64,000 nucleotides of DNA from IMG/VR virus record IMGVR_UViG_3300008107_006173; one strand, written 5' to 3'. The notes under the pieces are model-generated. The model had not been told where the DNA came from. It saw only the letters and a list, made by a program, of their open reading frames with translations, and ran no database searches. This DNA is from a virus (lineage: Duplodnaviria; Caudoviricetes). Below, one piece after another: positions 9,512 through 18,645 of the stretch; within the stretch, counting starts at the first letter, position 1; each line of letters opens with the position of its first letter. The translations under genes and the position numbers were made by a program.

Positions 9512-11194
9512 ATGGGACGTAAGCAGGGCGAAAGCCACAGAGAATTTAAAAAGAGAATGATTGATCCGGTTTCGGAATCATTCTGTGCGGCTAAGTGGCT
9601 TAACGCTACTATTTGGCTAGGTCACGGTGGCACTACCAGTTGTCATCACCCTCCCGCACACCAAATCGATCTAGAAGAAATCAAAGAAAATCCCAGTGCT
9701 ATTCACAACACCAAGCACAAAAAGAAAATGCGTCAAATGATGCAGGAAGGCAAGCGTCCCAAAGAATGTGAATACTGCTGGAAGATTGAAGACATGGGCA
9801 AGGATGCTGACGGCAACGAGCCTGTAAGTGATCGCACATACAAGACTGTTATCTACGAAGATGAAGACTTGATGAAGATTGCCAAACTAAATCCTGATGC
9901 AGACGTTGGTCTTAAGACGCTGGAAATTTCCTTTAATAGAACTTGTCAGTTTGCGTGTAGCTATTGTAACCCTGCTTTCAGTACTACATGGGTAAAGGAC
10001 ATTCGTAACAACGGTGGATATCACAATATCCGTAGCGATGCACGTGGTCACTTTATTGACGACGCACCCTATGCTGAACCATTTGACAGAGATGACTTTA
10101 ATCCATATGTAGATGCTTTCTGGCGTTGGTGGCCTGAGCTTAGTCAAGAGCTAGAAGAAATTCGTGTTACTGGCGGCGAACCCACAATGACTCCGGACAT
10201 CTATAAACTGTTTGATTGGTTTAAGGAAAATGCTGATACGCCGCAAGCACAGAAAATGCGACTGGCTATTAACAGTAACTTGGGTTCTAAGAAAGACCTC
10301 ATTGACAAGTTGATTGCAGGCACACAGTATATTAATCGTTTCCACTTGTATACCAGTTGCGAAGCATACGGTCCACAAGCTGAATATATTCGCGATGGAC
10401 TAAATTGGACCGAGTGGACACATAACTTTGAACGTATGTGCAGTGAAGCTCGTATCGAAGGCCTGCACATGATGATGACCATTAATGCGCTGTGCTTAGA
10501 CAGTATTGTAGACTTCCTAAACTGGATGCTTTCAATGAAGCGCAAGTATGGACATAATCGTCCAGGCTTTACTTGCAACATCTTACGCTTCCCCAGCTTC
10601 CAGAGCGCACTAACACTACCAGATGAGTTACGCAAAAAGTATCACGATCAAATCTTTAACTGGCTCAAAGAAGTACGCGAGCGAGACGAGCGTGATGCAA
10701 ATGGACTACAGTTAGTACAACCTTGGGAACAGGATCAGCTAAGTCGTCTTATTGAGTATCTAGACGTTGTTAAAACACCGCATCGTAATACTGCTGATCG
10801 TGAACTGCTAGAGCATGACTTTAAAGTATTCCATGAGCAGTATGATGCACGCCGCGGCAAAGACTTCCGCAAAACATTTCCTAACCTAGTAGAGTTTTAT
10901 GATAACATCAAAGTTCTAGCACTGAATAAAAAAGAAATGGATATTCAACAGCCTAAGACATTAGCCAAGGACGGTGCCGTATATGCACACCGCACAGTCA
11001 GCGAAGATGGTGAAGTTGTTGTAGAGGAAGTACGACAGCGCGAGCGTAAGACTGGAGAAAGCGCAGATTGGTATGACAATCCACTAGACCCAGAGGCCCG
11101 CTCAGAACTTCTAAAGAAGATTGGCGGTAGTAGTATTGGTTGGGATACTGAAGTTGACGGCCTAGGCGGAACCGAAGACGATGAGAATCGTTAA
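9512..11194 (+). CDS. Twitch-domain radical SAM protein
   Basis: CQFACSYC, TGGEPT, N-terminal FCAAKW/SCHH/ECEYC. Confidence 0.9.
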   Translation: MGRKQGESHREFKKRMIDPVSESFCAAKWLNATIWLGHGGTTSCHHPPAHQIDLEEIKENPSAIHNTKHKKKMRQMMQEGKRPKECEYCWKIEDMGKDADGNEPVSDRTYKTVIYEDEDLMKIAKLNPDADVGLKTLEISFNRTCQFACSYCNPAFSTTWVKDIRNNGGYHNIRSDARGHFIDDAPYAEPFDRDDFNPYVDAFWRWWPELSQELEEIRVTGGEPTMTPDIYKLFDWFKENADTPQAQKMRLAINSNLGSKKDLIDKLIAGTQYINRFHLYTSCEAYGPQAEYIRDGLNWTEWTHNFERMCSEARIEGLHMMMTINALCLDSIVDFLNWMLSMKRKYGHNRPGFTCNILRFPSFQSALTLPDELRKKYHDQIFNWLKEVRERDERDANGLQLVQPWEQDQLSRLIEYLDVVKTPHRNTADRELLEHDFKVFHEQYDARRGKDFRKTFPNLVEFYDNIKVLALNKKEMDIQQPKTLAKDGAVYAHRTVSEDGEVVVEEVRQRERKTGESADWYDNPLDPEARSELLKKIGGSSIGWDTEVDGLGGTEDDENR

Positions 11195-11936
11195 CACAAA
11201 TACCAAAGAAGCTATCGTATCAATGCCGCGTGTAGGCACATGGACATTGGTAAGATTCTTTAAAAATCTAAATCCTGCTGACTCAAACTGGGTTCATTAT
11301 AATGAAAAGGATGGATTTATGTACGACATAGATCCTGCAAATCCAGATTCATTTAAAAATAAAATGGCTTATAATGATTGGAAAATAACAGTTGTATTAC
11401 GAGATCCGTGGCAACGATATGTTAGCGGTGTATGTGAAGTATTGTTTGGCGGTAGCGCAACTGGATTTTTTCCAACTAGAGCATCCAATGATAAAGACTT
11501 TGCTAGAGCTAAACTGTCATATGAAAAGCAAACTGATACAGAATTAAAAATATTCTATGTTAGTGACGCACTAAGAGCTGACTATAATTTTGTACGAGGT
11601 ACTTTAGAAAACATGTATGCTTTTTGCAATTACGACATTAGTCTAAATGAAAATATGCATACACGAAATTGGCTTAGCAATATTGTTCACGGAGCAAAGT
11701 TAGGTGGAAATATACAGGTTGTCGATATTGCATCATTAGAGAAATATTTGAAACAGCAATGGCCCAAAACTCATTTTGATTCATATAATGTAACACCATC
11801 GGGTCTTAAAAATAATGTCGAACGAGCTCTGAGCGACATGATAATGCACGACAAAATTTTTAAAAATAGAGTTGGAGAATATCTCGATCGAGAAATTAAT
11901 AGATACAAAGATTTATTGTTTTACGAAGTTAAATGA
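11181..11936 (+). CDS. Sulfotransferase-like protein (Sulfotransfer_2 type)
   Basis: MPRVGTWTL resembles the 5'-PSB loop; VLRDPWQRYVSG matches the 3'-PB motif RDPxxRxxS. Confidence 0.6.
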   Translation: MRIVNTNTKEAIVSMPRVGTWTLVRFFKNLNPADSNWVHYNEKDGFMYDIDPANPDSFKNKMAYNDWKITVVLRDPWQRYVSGVCEVLFGGSATGFFPTRASNDKDFARAKLSYEKQTDTELKIFYVSDALRADYNFVRGTLENMYAFCNYDISLNENMHTRNWLSNIVHGAKLGGNIQVVDIASLEKYLKQQWPKTHFDSYNVTPSGLKNNVERALSDMIMHDKIFKNRVGEYLDREINRYKDLLFYEVK

Positions 11937-12679
11937 CAAAGTTATATGCAAACATCAGTGTTGATCATCAAAATCAAAACCATATTCTAGAAGGTAGAAT
12001 AGTGGCCGCGGCCCAATGCAATGCTGATGCTGTTGTAATACACAAGACTACACCCGGACTAATTATACCTGAAGAAAAGAAATATGTGCCCGTGAGCAGT
12101 CGATGGGGTACAATATCCTATATTGATTTTGCAAAACGCTGTGAGCTCGACGATGAATGTGTAGATCATATTATTCAGCTATGTCGTCGAATTGGCATCC
12201 CTATAATCTGGTGTGTCACAGATAATACCAGTGCTGAGTATATAAAAAATCACACAGACTGTGATACAATAAAAATTCATAGCTCATCAGTTAACATCGA
12301 TGATCTAGCTGTGTTTTGTTCAAACAATTTTGATCATGTGATATATCCACATACTCTAGAAGAGTACACTCTTTCCTATTATAAAAAGAGCAAAGATAAA
12401 AACAAGTATTCATTGTATTACACACCCTCGGGTGATGTAATTAATTTAGAAACATTAAATTTTAAAATATTAGATAGTTTGACACATTCTCATCTGAATG
12501 TAGGCTACGAAAGTAGAACTAATACACTATTCCCCTGTGTTGCAACAGCCTACAAGGGCATAGAGTATATTGAAAAATATCTAGGCGATACTGATAACAG
12601 CAACGACAGCGTTATGAATCCTCAGCAGTTCTATGATCTATACAAAAACTTAGAAATATTAGAGATCGCCCATGGGTAG
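11933..12679 (+). CDS. Degenerate NeuB (nonulosonate synthase)-like protein
   Basis: Collinear with NeuB blocks (ANISVDHQ, ADAVVIHK, TIKIHS, GYESR, IEKY), but the metal-binding His positions appear substituted. Confidence 0.5.
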   Translation: MTKLYANISVDHQNQNHILEGRIVAAAQCNADAVVIHKTTPGLIIPEEKKYVPVSSRWGTISYIDFAKRCELDDECVDHIIQLCRRIGIPIIWCVTDNTSAEYIKNHTDCDTIKIHSSSVNIDDLAVFCSNNFDHVIYPHTLEEYTLSYYKKSKDKNKYSLYYTPSGDVINLETLNFKILDSLTHSHLNVGYESRTNTLFPCVATAYKGIEYIEKYLGDTDNSNDSVMNPQQFYDLYKNLEILEIAHG

Positions 12680-12893
12680 AAATAATACATTAGATCTACA
12701 CGGCATAAGACATCATGAAGTAGACCGCTTAGTTGAAAATTTTATTTTTATGAATCAAGCTCATGCACCACTCACTATTGTCTGCGGTAACAGTCAGAAA
12801 ATGATAGATATTGTATATAAGGTTATTGATCGTATCAAACTTCGCATGGTAACTATGGATCAATATGGCGTTATCAAAATTTTAAAGGTATAA
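12672..12893 (+). CDS. Stand-alone minimal Smr-domain protein
   Basis: LDLHG motif followed by IVCG in 73 aa. Confidence 0.65.
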   Translation: MGRNNTLDLHGIRHHEVDRLVENFIFMNQAHAPLTIVCGNSQKMIDIVYKVIDRIKLRMVTMDQYGVIKILKV

Positions 12894-12897
12894 ACAC

Positions 12898-13563
12898 ATG
12901 CAATTTGATATAGATATGACTAGGGGTAACGATAAAGCAGCATCGGATAATTATTTAACAATGCTTGTTGAAGATTACTTCCATGTTGCTCGAGATAAGA
13001 CAGTACTAGAGATAGCTGCACACACTGGAGCACAGACTTCTGCTTTGCTGATCAATGACCCCAAAAAAGTTATATGTGTTGAACCTGATCCCGATTCATG
13101 TAATTACAGTATATTTAAAAACCCCAAGATAGAATTTCATTCATGTACTGCAAACGATTATTATAAGTATCACAGTGAAAAAGTAGATGTTGTTACTTGC
13201 TTTGGGTTATTTTATCATCTGCACAGTCCGTTTCATTTAGTTGAGCAAATTGTAAACCACAGTGATCCCACATATATCATAATTGAAACTCTGTGGCAGG
13301 GTGATACAACTATGATTAATGAGAACAACAGTTATAAAGAACTTTTGGTTATTAATCACGAAGAACCTAATGCATCCGGCAACTTCTTTAAAGATAAAGG
13401 TGTGTTAAAACCAGTAAACTTAAATATTGAAATTAACTATAAGTACATACGACAAGCATTTATAGATGCAGGCTATCGCGTTGTCAATGAAACTGTATAT
13501 CGTGGAAAATACAATATAGATTCCAAGCAAGGTGCAGCCGTTACACTATTTGAAAAACTATGA
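12898..13563 (+). CDS. Class I SAM-dependent methyltransferase
   Basis: TVLEIAAHTG motif I, VEP acidic strand 2, DVVTCFGLFYH. Confidence 0.75.
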   Translation: MQFDIDMTRGNDKAASDNYLTMLVEDYFHVARDKTVLEIAAHTGAQTSALLINDPKKVICVEPDPDSCNYSIFKNPKIEFHSCTANDYYKYHSEKVDVVTCFGLFYHLHSPFHLVEQIVNHSDPTYIIIETLWQGDTTMINENNSYKELLVINHEEPNASGNFFKDKGVLKPVNLNIEINYKYIRQAFIDAGYRVVNETVYRGKYNIDSKQGAAVTLFEKL

Positions 13564-14969
13564 CAAAAAGAATTAAACCAATTTGGGAACACGGGCGTAT
13601 GAGCCCTGAATCGCCTAACAAAACATTTTGTATGGCACCGTGGACGCACACATATATTAGCCCGCAAAGCGAGCGTCGTATGTGCTGTGCTAGTCGCGAA
13701 GAACACATGATGCAGCGTCAATATATTGATGCCAGTAATGACAAGAGCACAGGTAAATACAAGGAAGTTGGTACTATTGCTGACTATAAGCCAGTGAGCC
13801 TCGAGGAACACTGGAACAGTGACTACATGAAAGACATCCGCAAGAAACTGTTAGCGGGTGAAACTATTCCACAATGCGCTGTGTGCAATGACAGCATTCT
13901 AAGTCAAAGCACATACCGTCAGTGGTTCACAGGCCATCTATTTAAAGATAAAATAGAACAGGCCTTCGAGGAGACCGATGATGATGGCTATACTACTATG
14001 CCTCCTATTAGTTTTGATTATAGGGTCAGTAATCTATGCAACTTTAAGTGCAGAATGTGTGGAGAACCCCTCAGCTCAAGTTGGGAATCCGAAAAGCGAA
14101 AACACGGACTCTGGAGCCCAGAACATCAACCCTTTATGGTCCCGGAGAATAAGGCAATCATTGATCGATTCCAAAAAGAAGTTGTAGAGGAAGAGTTCTG
14201 GGCAGCTATCTGTAGCGGTGTTGTAGAAGAGATATATTGGGTAGGTGGTGAGCCGCTGATGTATGATATTCATTGGCGTGTTATGGATCGTCTAGCAGAA
14301 GATAATAACTTACGCAAAGTTCATTTGCGCTATAACAGTAACCTAAGCCGTGTGCGTTTTGGCAAACACTATTTGTATGATTGGTTACCACAAGCCAAAG
14401 ACTGGACCATGTGTGCTAGTATCGACGGCACAGGCAAGATTGGCGAGTTTATTCGCACAGGTCTCAAGTGGGACCAGTGGGACCAAAACTTCCGCGAAGG
14501 TGTAGCACTACCCGGTGGTAAAGATCGTATGCTAATGGATCTTACACTAACTGGTCCTGGTATGTTTGATCTTAAAAACTTCTTTGACTATGCACTAGAA
14601 CTAGATGTTAAGATTGAAACCAAGCGCATGTTTGCGTTTCACCCTGACATTGTGTTTAGTCCTATGGCTTGGCCACGACATATTTTAAATCGTATTGTTA
14701 ACGATAATTTAGATTATATTCGACCTCGGGCCACAGACAAACAGCAAACTCTCATACGCGAATTAGAAAACATGCTGGTAACACCCACATTCCAAGAGCA
14801 GTGGCCTGATAGTGCTGAAACAGCTTTCTTTAAAGGCCGCAACTGGCAGGACAAGATCGCTGATATACGCAGCGGCGAAGGCACTACTCGCATTGAGCAT
14901 ATATACGCAGCGGATCCAGAGTTACTGGATTGGTGGATGCGTTTAGATCCTAAACACAATCAACTTTGA
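13560..14969 (+). CDS. Twitch-domain radical SAM protein
   Basis: CNFKCRMC, VGGEPL, N-terminal FCMAPW/MCC/QCAVC. Confidence 0.9.
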   Translation: MTKRIKPIWEHGRMSPESPNKTFCMAPWTHTYISPQSERRMCCASREEHMMQRQYIDASNDKSTGKYKEVGTIADYKPVSLEEHWNSDYMKDIRKKLLAGETIPQCAVCNDSILSQSTYRQWFTGHLFKDKIEQAFEETDDDGYTTMPPISFDYRVSNLCNFKCRMCGEPLSSSWESEKRKHGLWSPEHQPFMVPENKAIIDRFQKEVVEEEFWAAICSGVVEEIYWVGGEPLMYDIHWRVMDRLAEDNNLRKVHLRYNSNLSRVRFGKHYLYDWLPQAKDWTMCASIDGTGKIGEFIRTGLKWDQWDQNFREGVALPGGKDRMLMDLTLTGPGMFDLKNFFDYALELDVKIETKRMFAFHPDIVFSPMAWPRHILNRIVNDNLDYIRPRATDKQQTLIRELENMLVTPTFQEQWPDSAETAFFKGRNWQDKIADIRSGEGTTRIEHIYAADPELLDWWMRLDPKHNQL

Positions 14970-15001
14970 CATCAAAAATTAACAGGACCGTAAAACTCTC
15001 C

Positions 15002-15009
15002 GATAAATA
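15002..15009 (+). promoter_or_regulatory. Late-promoter-like motif GATAAATA
   Basis: TAAATA core ~50 nt upstream of the UDP-sugar dehydrogenase ATG (SD AGGAG). Confidence 0.45.
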
Positions 15010-15058
15010 ACAGCGTACTTTATAAAAGGTACTTTAGTTAACATATTAGGAGAAGAAA

Positions 15059-16381
15059 ATGGCCTCAATTGGATTTATCGGAGTGGGCAAGCTAGGACAA
15101 GCCTGCGCCGAGATGGTTGCCGAGGTCCATGATGTTGTAGGGTATGATATTTCACCCCGCAGTCCTGAAAACTTTAAGATGGTTCCCACCTTAGAGCAGG
15201 CTGTACTGGGGCAGGATATTGTATTCATCGCAGTGGAAACACCGCATGACCCACAATATGATGGCAAGGCACCAACCAGCCATTTACCCAACAAAGACTT
15301 TGACTACACGGTAGTCAAGGATGTTCTGCGTGAAGTAAATGCTGTTGCAACACCATCTCAGTTAATTGTTCTTATCAGTACTGTGCTACCAGGTACAGTA
15401 AGACGTGAGTTGGTACCACTTATCCCCAATGCACGCTTTGTTTACAACCCATACTTGATTGCTATGGGTACTGTTAAGTGGGATATGGTCAACCCAGAAA
15501 TGGTTATGATCGGTACCGAAGACGGCAGCGAAACAGGTGATGCAAAGGAACTTGTGGACTTCTACAAGACCATTATGCAGAACGATCCTCGCTATATCGT
15601 AGGCACATGGGATGAGTGCGAGTGCATTAAGGTGTTCTACAATACCTTTATCTCAGCCAAAGTAAGTCTAGTAAACATGATTCAAGACGTAGCTGAAAAG
15701 CAGGGCAACATCAACGCAGAGTTGGTGTGTGATGCTCTAGCTGCCAGTGATCGTCGTATCATGGGTCCAGGCTACATGAAACCGGGCATGGGCGATGGTG
15801 GTGCGTGTCATCCCCGCGACAACATTGCACTACGCTGGATGGCGGATAACCTAGGACTTGGCTACGACCTCTTTGACGCTGTGATGCACAGCAGAGAAAT
15901 ACAGGCTCGTAACATGGCAGAGATGCTGGTAGAGCTAAGTCAAGCTGGACGAGGTGTTACACCGGATCTACCAGTGATCATTGTGGGCAAAGCCTACAAG
16001 CCATTGGTACCCTATGAAGCAGGTAGTGCCAGCATGTTAGTAGGACACTATGTGGCTGAACAGGGCGCAGAACTATACTATCTAGATGAAGTGATTGGAG
16101 AGTCACCCAGTCCAGCAGTATTAAGCAAGCCCGCTGTATACTTACTAGCACACAATCCACAGATCACTTATGGTGAGCAGTTGGACTTTGTTAAGGGCTG
16201 GTATAACAACCACAGAGTAACAGGAGCAGACGAAGCTCTTACTGTGGCCACAGCAAATGGTACTGCACTGAACTTCGCAGAGGGCAGCGTAGTAGTAGAT
16301 CCATGGCGTAAGACTCCCAACACCATTCCGGGTGTAAGAGTAGTACACTATGGTAATACCCGCAAGGAATCACCACGCTAA
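15059..16381 (+). CDS. ugd: UDP-glucose/GDP-mannose dehydrogenase family protein
   Basis: IGVGKLG Rossmann motif, YNPY, KVFYNTFISAK, catalytic GGACHPRD. Confidence 0.9.
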   Translation: MASIGFIGVGKLGQACAEMVAEVHDVVGYDISPRSPENFKMVPTLEQAVLGQDIVFIAVETPHDPQYDGKAPTSHLPNKDFDYTVVKDVLREVNAVATPSQLIVLISTVLPGTVRRELVPLIPNARFVYNPYLIAMGTVKWDMVNPEMVMIGTEDGSETGDAKELVDFYKTIMQNDPRYIVGTWDECECIKVFYNTFISAKVSLVNMIQDVAEKQGNINAELVCDALAASDRRIMGPGYMKPGMGDGGACHPRDNIALRWMADNLGLGYDLFDAVMHSREIQARNMAEMLVELSQAGRGVTPDLPVIIVGKAYKPLVPYEAGSASMLVGHYVAEQGAELYYLDEVIGESPSPAVLSKPAVYLLAHNPQITYGEQLDFVKGWYNNHRVTGADEALTVATANGTALNFAEGSVVVDPWRKTPNTIPGVRVVHYGNTRKESPR

Positions 16382-16384
16382 GGC

Positions 16385-17518
16385 ATGTCTAATAACAGCG
16401 AAGTGGTCATAGGCAACACAGCTCGCAGCCACTTCGCTGTTTATGACTTAGGTACACATATTCAAATAAAGATTCGTGGGGGCTATATTGGGGATGCTCT
16501 CAGCAAGACTCAGCTTAAAAGATTACTAATTCGTGCAGCAGCAAACAAGAAACTGCTGATCCTAGACCACTCTAACGAAATACACCTGTGGTGGAAAAAC
16601 AACCATCAAGAAAGTGTGTTTGATATACTGCATGGTATTGCAGACAATATATGTGTAGATCCCAGTATTATTACTTTACAAACCAGTAACTTACTCTGCG
16701 CCAAAGCCTATACAGATTGGGCAGCAATCAACAACACTCAGCCTTCAATGGTTATAGAATCACTGATGAGTCATGCAGCAATCATATACTCAATGATGGG
16801 CACAGAGTTTGATGTTAACACCTACGCAGACTCGCCTAAGCCCAGTGTGTTTACCTGTTGGTTAGGTCGAACCAAGCAGCACAAGTTAGCTGTAGCAAAG
16901 TGGTTGTACAGCGCAGGATTTCTAACCAGTCGTAAACAGGCTGCGTGTGTGTCACTGCTATCAGATTATACAGAACTGTATCCCCATATTGAAACCGTTG
17001 ACCTTGAACTGCATCACATACTCAGTAACTATCGCAGCATAGAGGGTACAGCAACTATAGCTAGATGGCAACCTGGTCCTAAGTTTTATCAAGCGCATAT
17101 GAATACATATTTTGATTTTATAGTTGAACCTATCACCGAAGAAGACAGCAGTAAACCCAGCGAGTTAGCACAAGCGCACGCATGGAATCAAACCCTGTGT
17201 GCAGTTGAGCGAGTATTTAGGGCTATACTGTTACGCCGGCCTTTTATACTATTGGGTAATGCTAATACGCTAAAATTATTACACAATCTAGGATTTAAAA
17301 CCTTTCCCACACTATTTGATGAAAGTTACGATTCACTTAACTATAGCGATCGCTTTGATCACATAACCAAGCAAATAGAATCTCTAGTAGTAGATCCGCA
17401 GCTACATGCCAAAGTATATAACAAAACTATAGCAGACGCAGTACTGCACAACTACGAAAATCTAAAGCATTACGGTCCCAAACCAGTAAAGTATTTAGAT
17501 GCGCTGAGCCACTATTAA
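16385..17518 (+). CDS. Hypothetical protein with a GT-B-like C-terminal domain
   Basis: ERVFRAILLRRPFILLGN...LGFKTF...DESYD block shared with 19907..21460. Confidence 0.5.
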   Translation: MSNNSEVVIGNTARSHFAVYDLGTHIQIKIRGGYIGDALSKTQLKRLLIRAAANKKLLILDHSNEIHLWWKNNHQESVFDILHGIADNICVDPSIITLQTSNLLCAKAYTDWAAINNTQPSMVIESLMSHAAIIYSMMGTEFDVNTYADSPKPSVFTCWLGRTKQHKLAVAKWLYSAGFLTSRKQAACVSLLSDYTELYPHIETVDLELHHILSNYRSIEGTATIARWQPGPKFYQAHMNTYFDFIVEPITEEDSSKPSELAQAHAWNQTLCAVERVFRAILLRRPFILLGNANTLKLLHNLGFKTFPTLFDESYDSLNYSDRFDHITKQIESLVVDPQLHAKVYNKTIADAVLHNYENLKHYGPKPVKYLDALSHY

Positions 17519-17610
17519 ATACACACATAATACCATGCGTAGTGGTGGTCAGTGTTATAACATAGTAGCGGCGAAGCCGCCCTTTAAAAAATTTTTTTGA
17601 GAACGCCTAA

Positions 17611-17778
17611 ATGAAACAAACATTTAAACACAACATAAACCGCAACTTGTTTAGACTTAAACCCAAGCAGGAACAGCGTCGTACACTATTAGGGGCTGTG
17701 GTATTGATTATTCTGCTGTATGGGCTAGCAGACTATGTGGACTATCAAGAATATACTAGTGTAGAGTTAGAACAATGA
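17611..17778 (+). CDS. Small membrane protein, 55 aa (not in the track)
   Basis: MKQTFKHN...LLGAVVLIILLYGLADY..., one hydrophobic helix, ATGA overlap with the next ORF. Confidence 0.55.
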   Translation: MKQTFKHNINRNLFRLKPKQEQRRTLLGAVVLIILLYGLADYVDYQEYTSVELEQ

Positions 17779-17933
17779 GCGAAAGTGATAATTGGATGTA
17801 CAGTCGTATAGCAGAGCTTGAAGCAAGACTAGAACTAGCTAATAGTGCGTTGTGGGCTGCAGAACAGCGTATAAGAGAGTTAGAGTCTATCAATGATGAC
17901 TATGTGCAGCGTATGCAAGATGATCTCAAATAA
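17775..17933 (+). CDS. Small coiled-coil protein, 52 aa (not in the track)
   Basis: MSESDNWMYSRIAELEARLELANSALWAAEQRIRELE, heptad pattern. Confidence 0.55.
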   Translation: MSESDNWMYSRIAELEARLELANSALWAAEQRIRELESINDDYVQRMQDDLK

Positions 17934-17970
17934 CACACATAACATGATTAACCGCAGCAAAATCAAAAAT

Positions 17971-18141
17971 ATGAGCAATCAAAATAACCCGCAAAACCCT
18001 GGTCCATGCCACCTGTGCAAAACAACCACCACCCCTGGACAAACTCTAAAACAAGGTTTGATTGTAACAGTGATAGCACTAGCTGCAATAGTTGCAATGA
18101 GCGCAGCAATAACATATGTAGAGGCATTATGGCAACAATGA
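17971..18141 (+). CDS. Small membrane protein with an N-terminal CxxC
   Basis: MSNQNNPQNPGPCHLCK...LIVTVIALAAIVAMSAAITYV; in-frame alternative start at 17944. Confidence 0.5.
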   Translation: MSNQNNPQNPGPCHLCKTTTTPGQTLKQGLIVTVIALAAIVAMSAAITYVEALWQQ

Positions 18142-18293
18142 AGAAAACTGTGCAGTTCTTAAAGGAATTGACTCTGTTCAGTGCAATACTAGCTGCGGGT
18201 ATCATAGTGTTTATAGCTGTGAGCCCATGGATACTAGCAGCGTATATAAGAAATAAACGCAGAGTAGACAGTTATATAAACATGAAATACTAA
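18138..18293 (+). CDS. Small membrane protein
   Basis: ATGA overlap; MKKTVQFLKELTLFSAILAAGIIVFIAVSPWILAAY hydrophobic helix. Confidence 0.55.
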   Translation: MKKTVQFLKELTLFSAILAAGIIVFIAVSPWILAAYIRNKRRVDSYINMKY

Positions 18294-18302
18294 AGAGAAC
18301 TA

Positions 18303-18503
18303 ATGGAAACACAGCGTAGAACCATAGTTAAAACACTGATATACCGATGTTGGGTACTGCTGAGTACATATATACTATTGGTGTTAACAGGACAAAGTTT
18401 AGATAATGCGCTGATACCCACAATAGTTATTAACTGTGTATGGATGACTTCTTATTACTGTTATGAACGATTGTGGACAAGAATACAATGGGGTAGAGAT
18501 TAA
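18303..18503 (+). CDS. DUF2061-like small membrane protein
   Basis: ETQRRTIVKTLIYR...YYCYERLWTRIQWG matches the recalled family pattern. Confidence 0.65.
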   Translation: METQRRTIVKTLIYRCWVLLSTYILLVLTGQSLDNALIPTIVINCVWMTSYYCYERLWTRIQWGRD

Positions 18504-18645
18504 ATGACAGAGATGACCTGTAGTATGGGAAAAAATTTAGAATTTGGACAAGCCGCCCCAAGCTGGTCCAGCCCACCTTCACAAAAGAGCCACCTGGGTA
18601 TGGAAGATTCACTCGAGCGAAAAAAATTTTTAAAGAGCCGATCCT

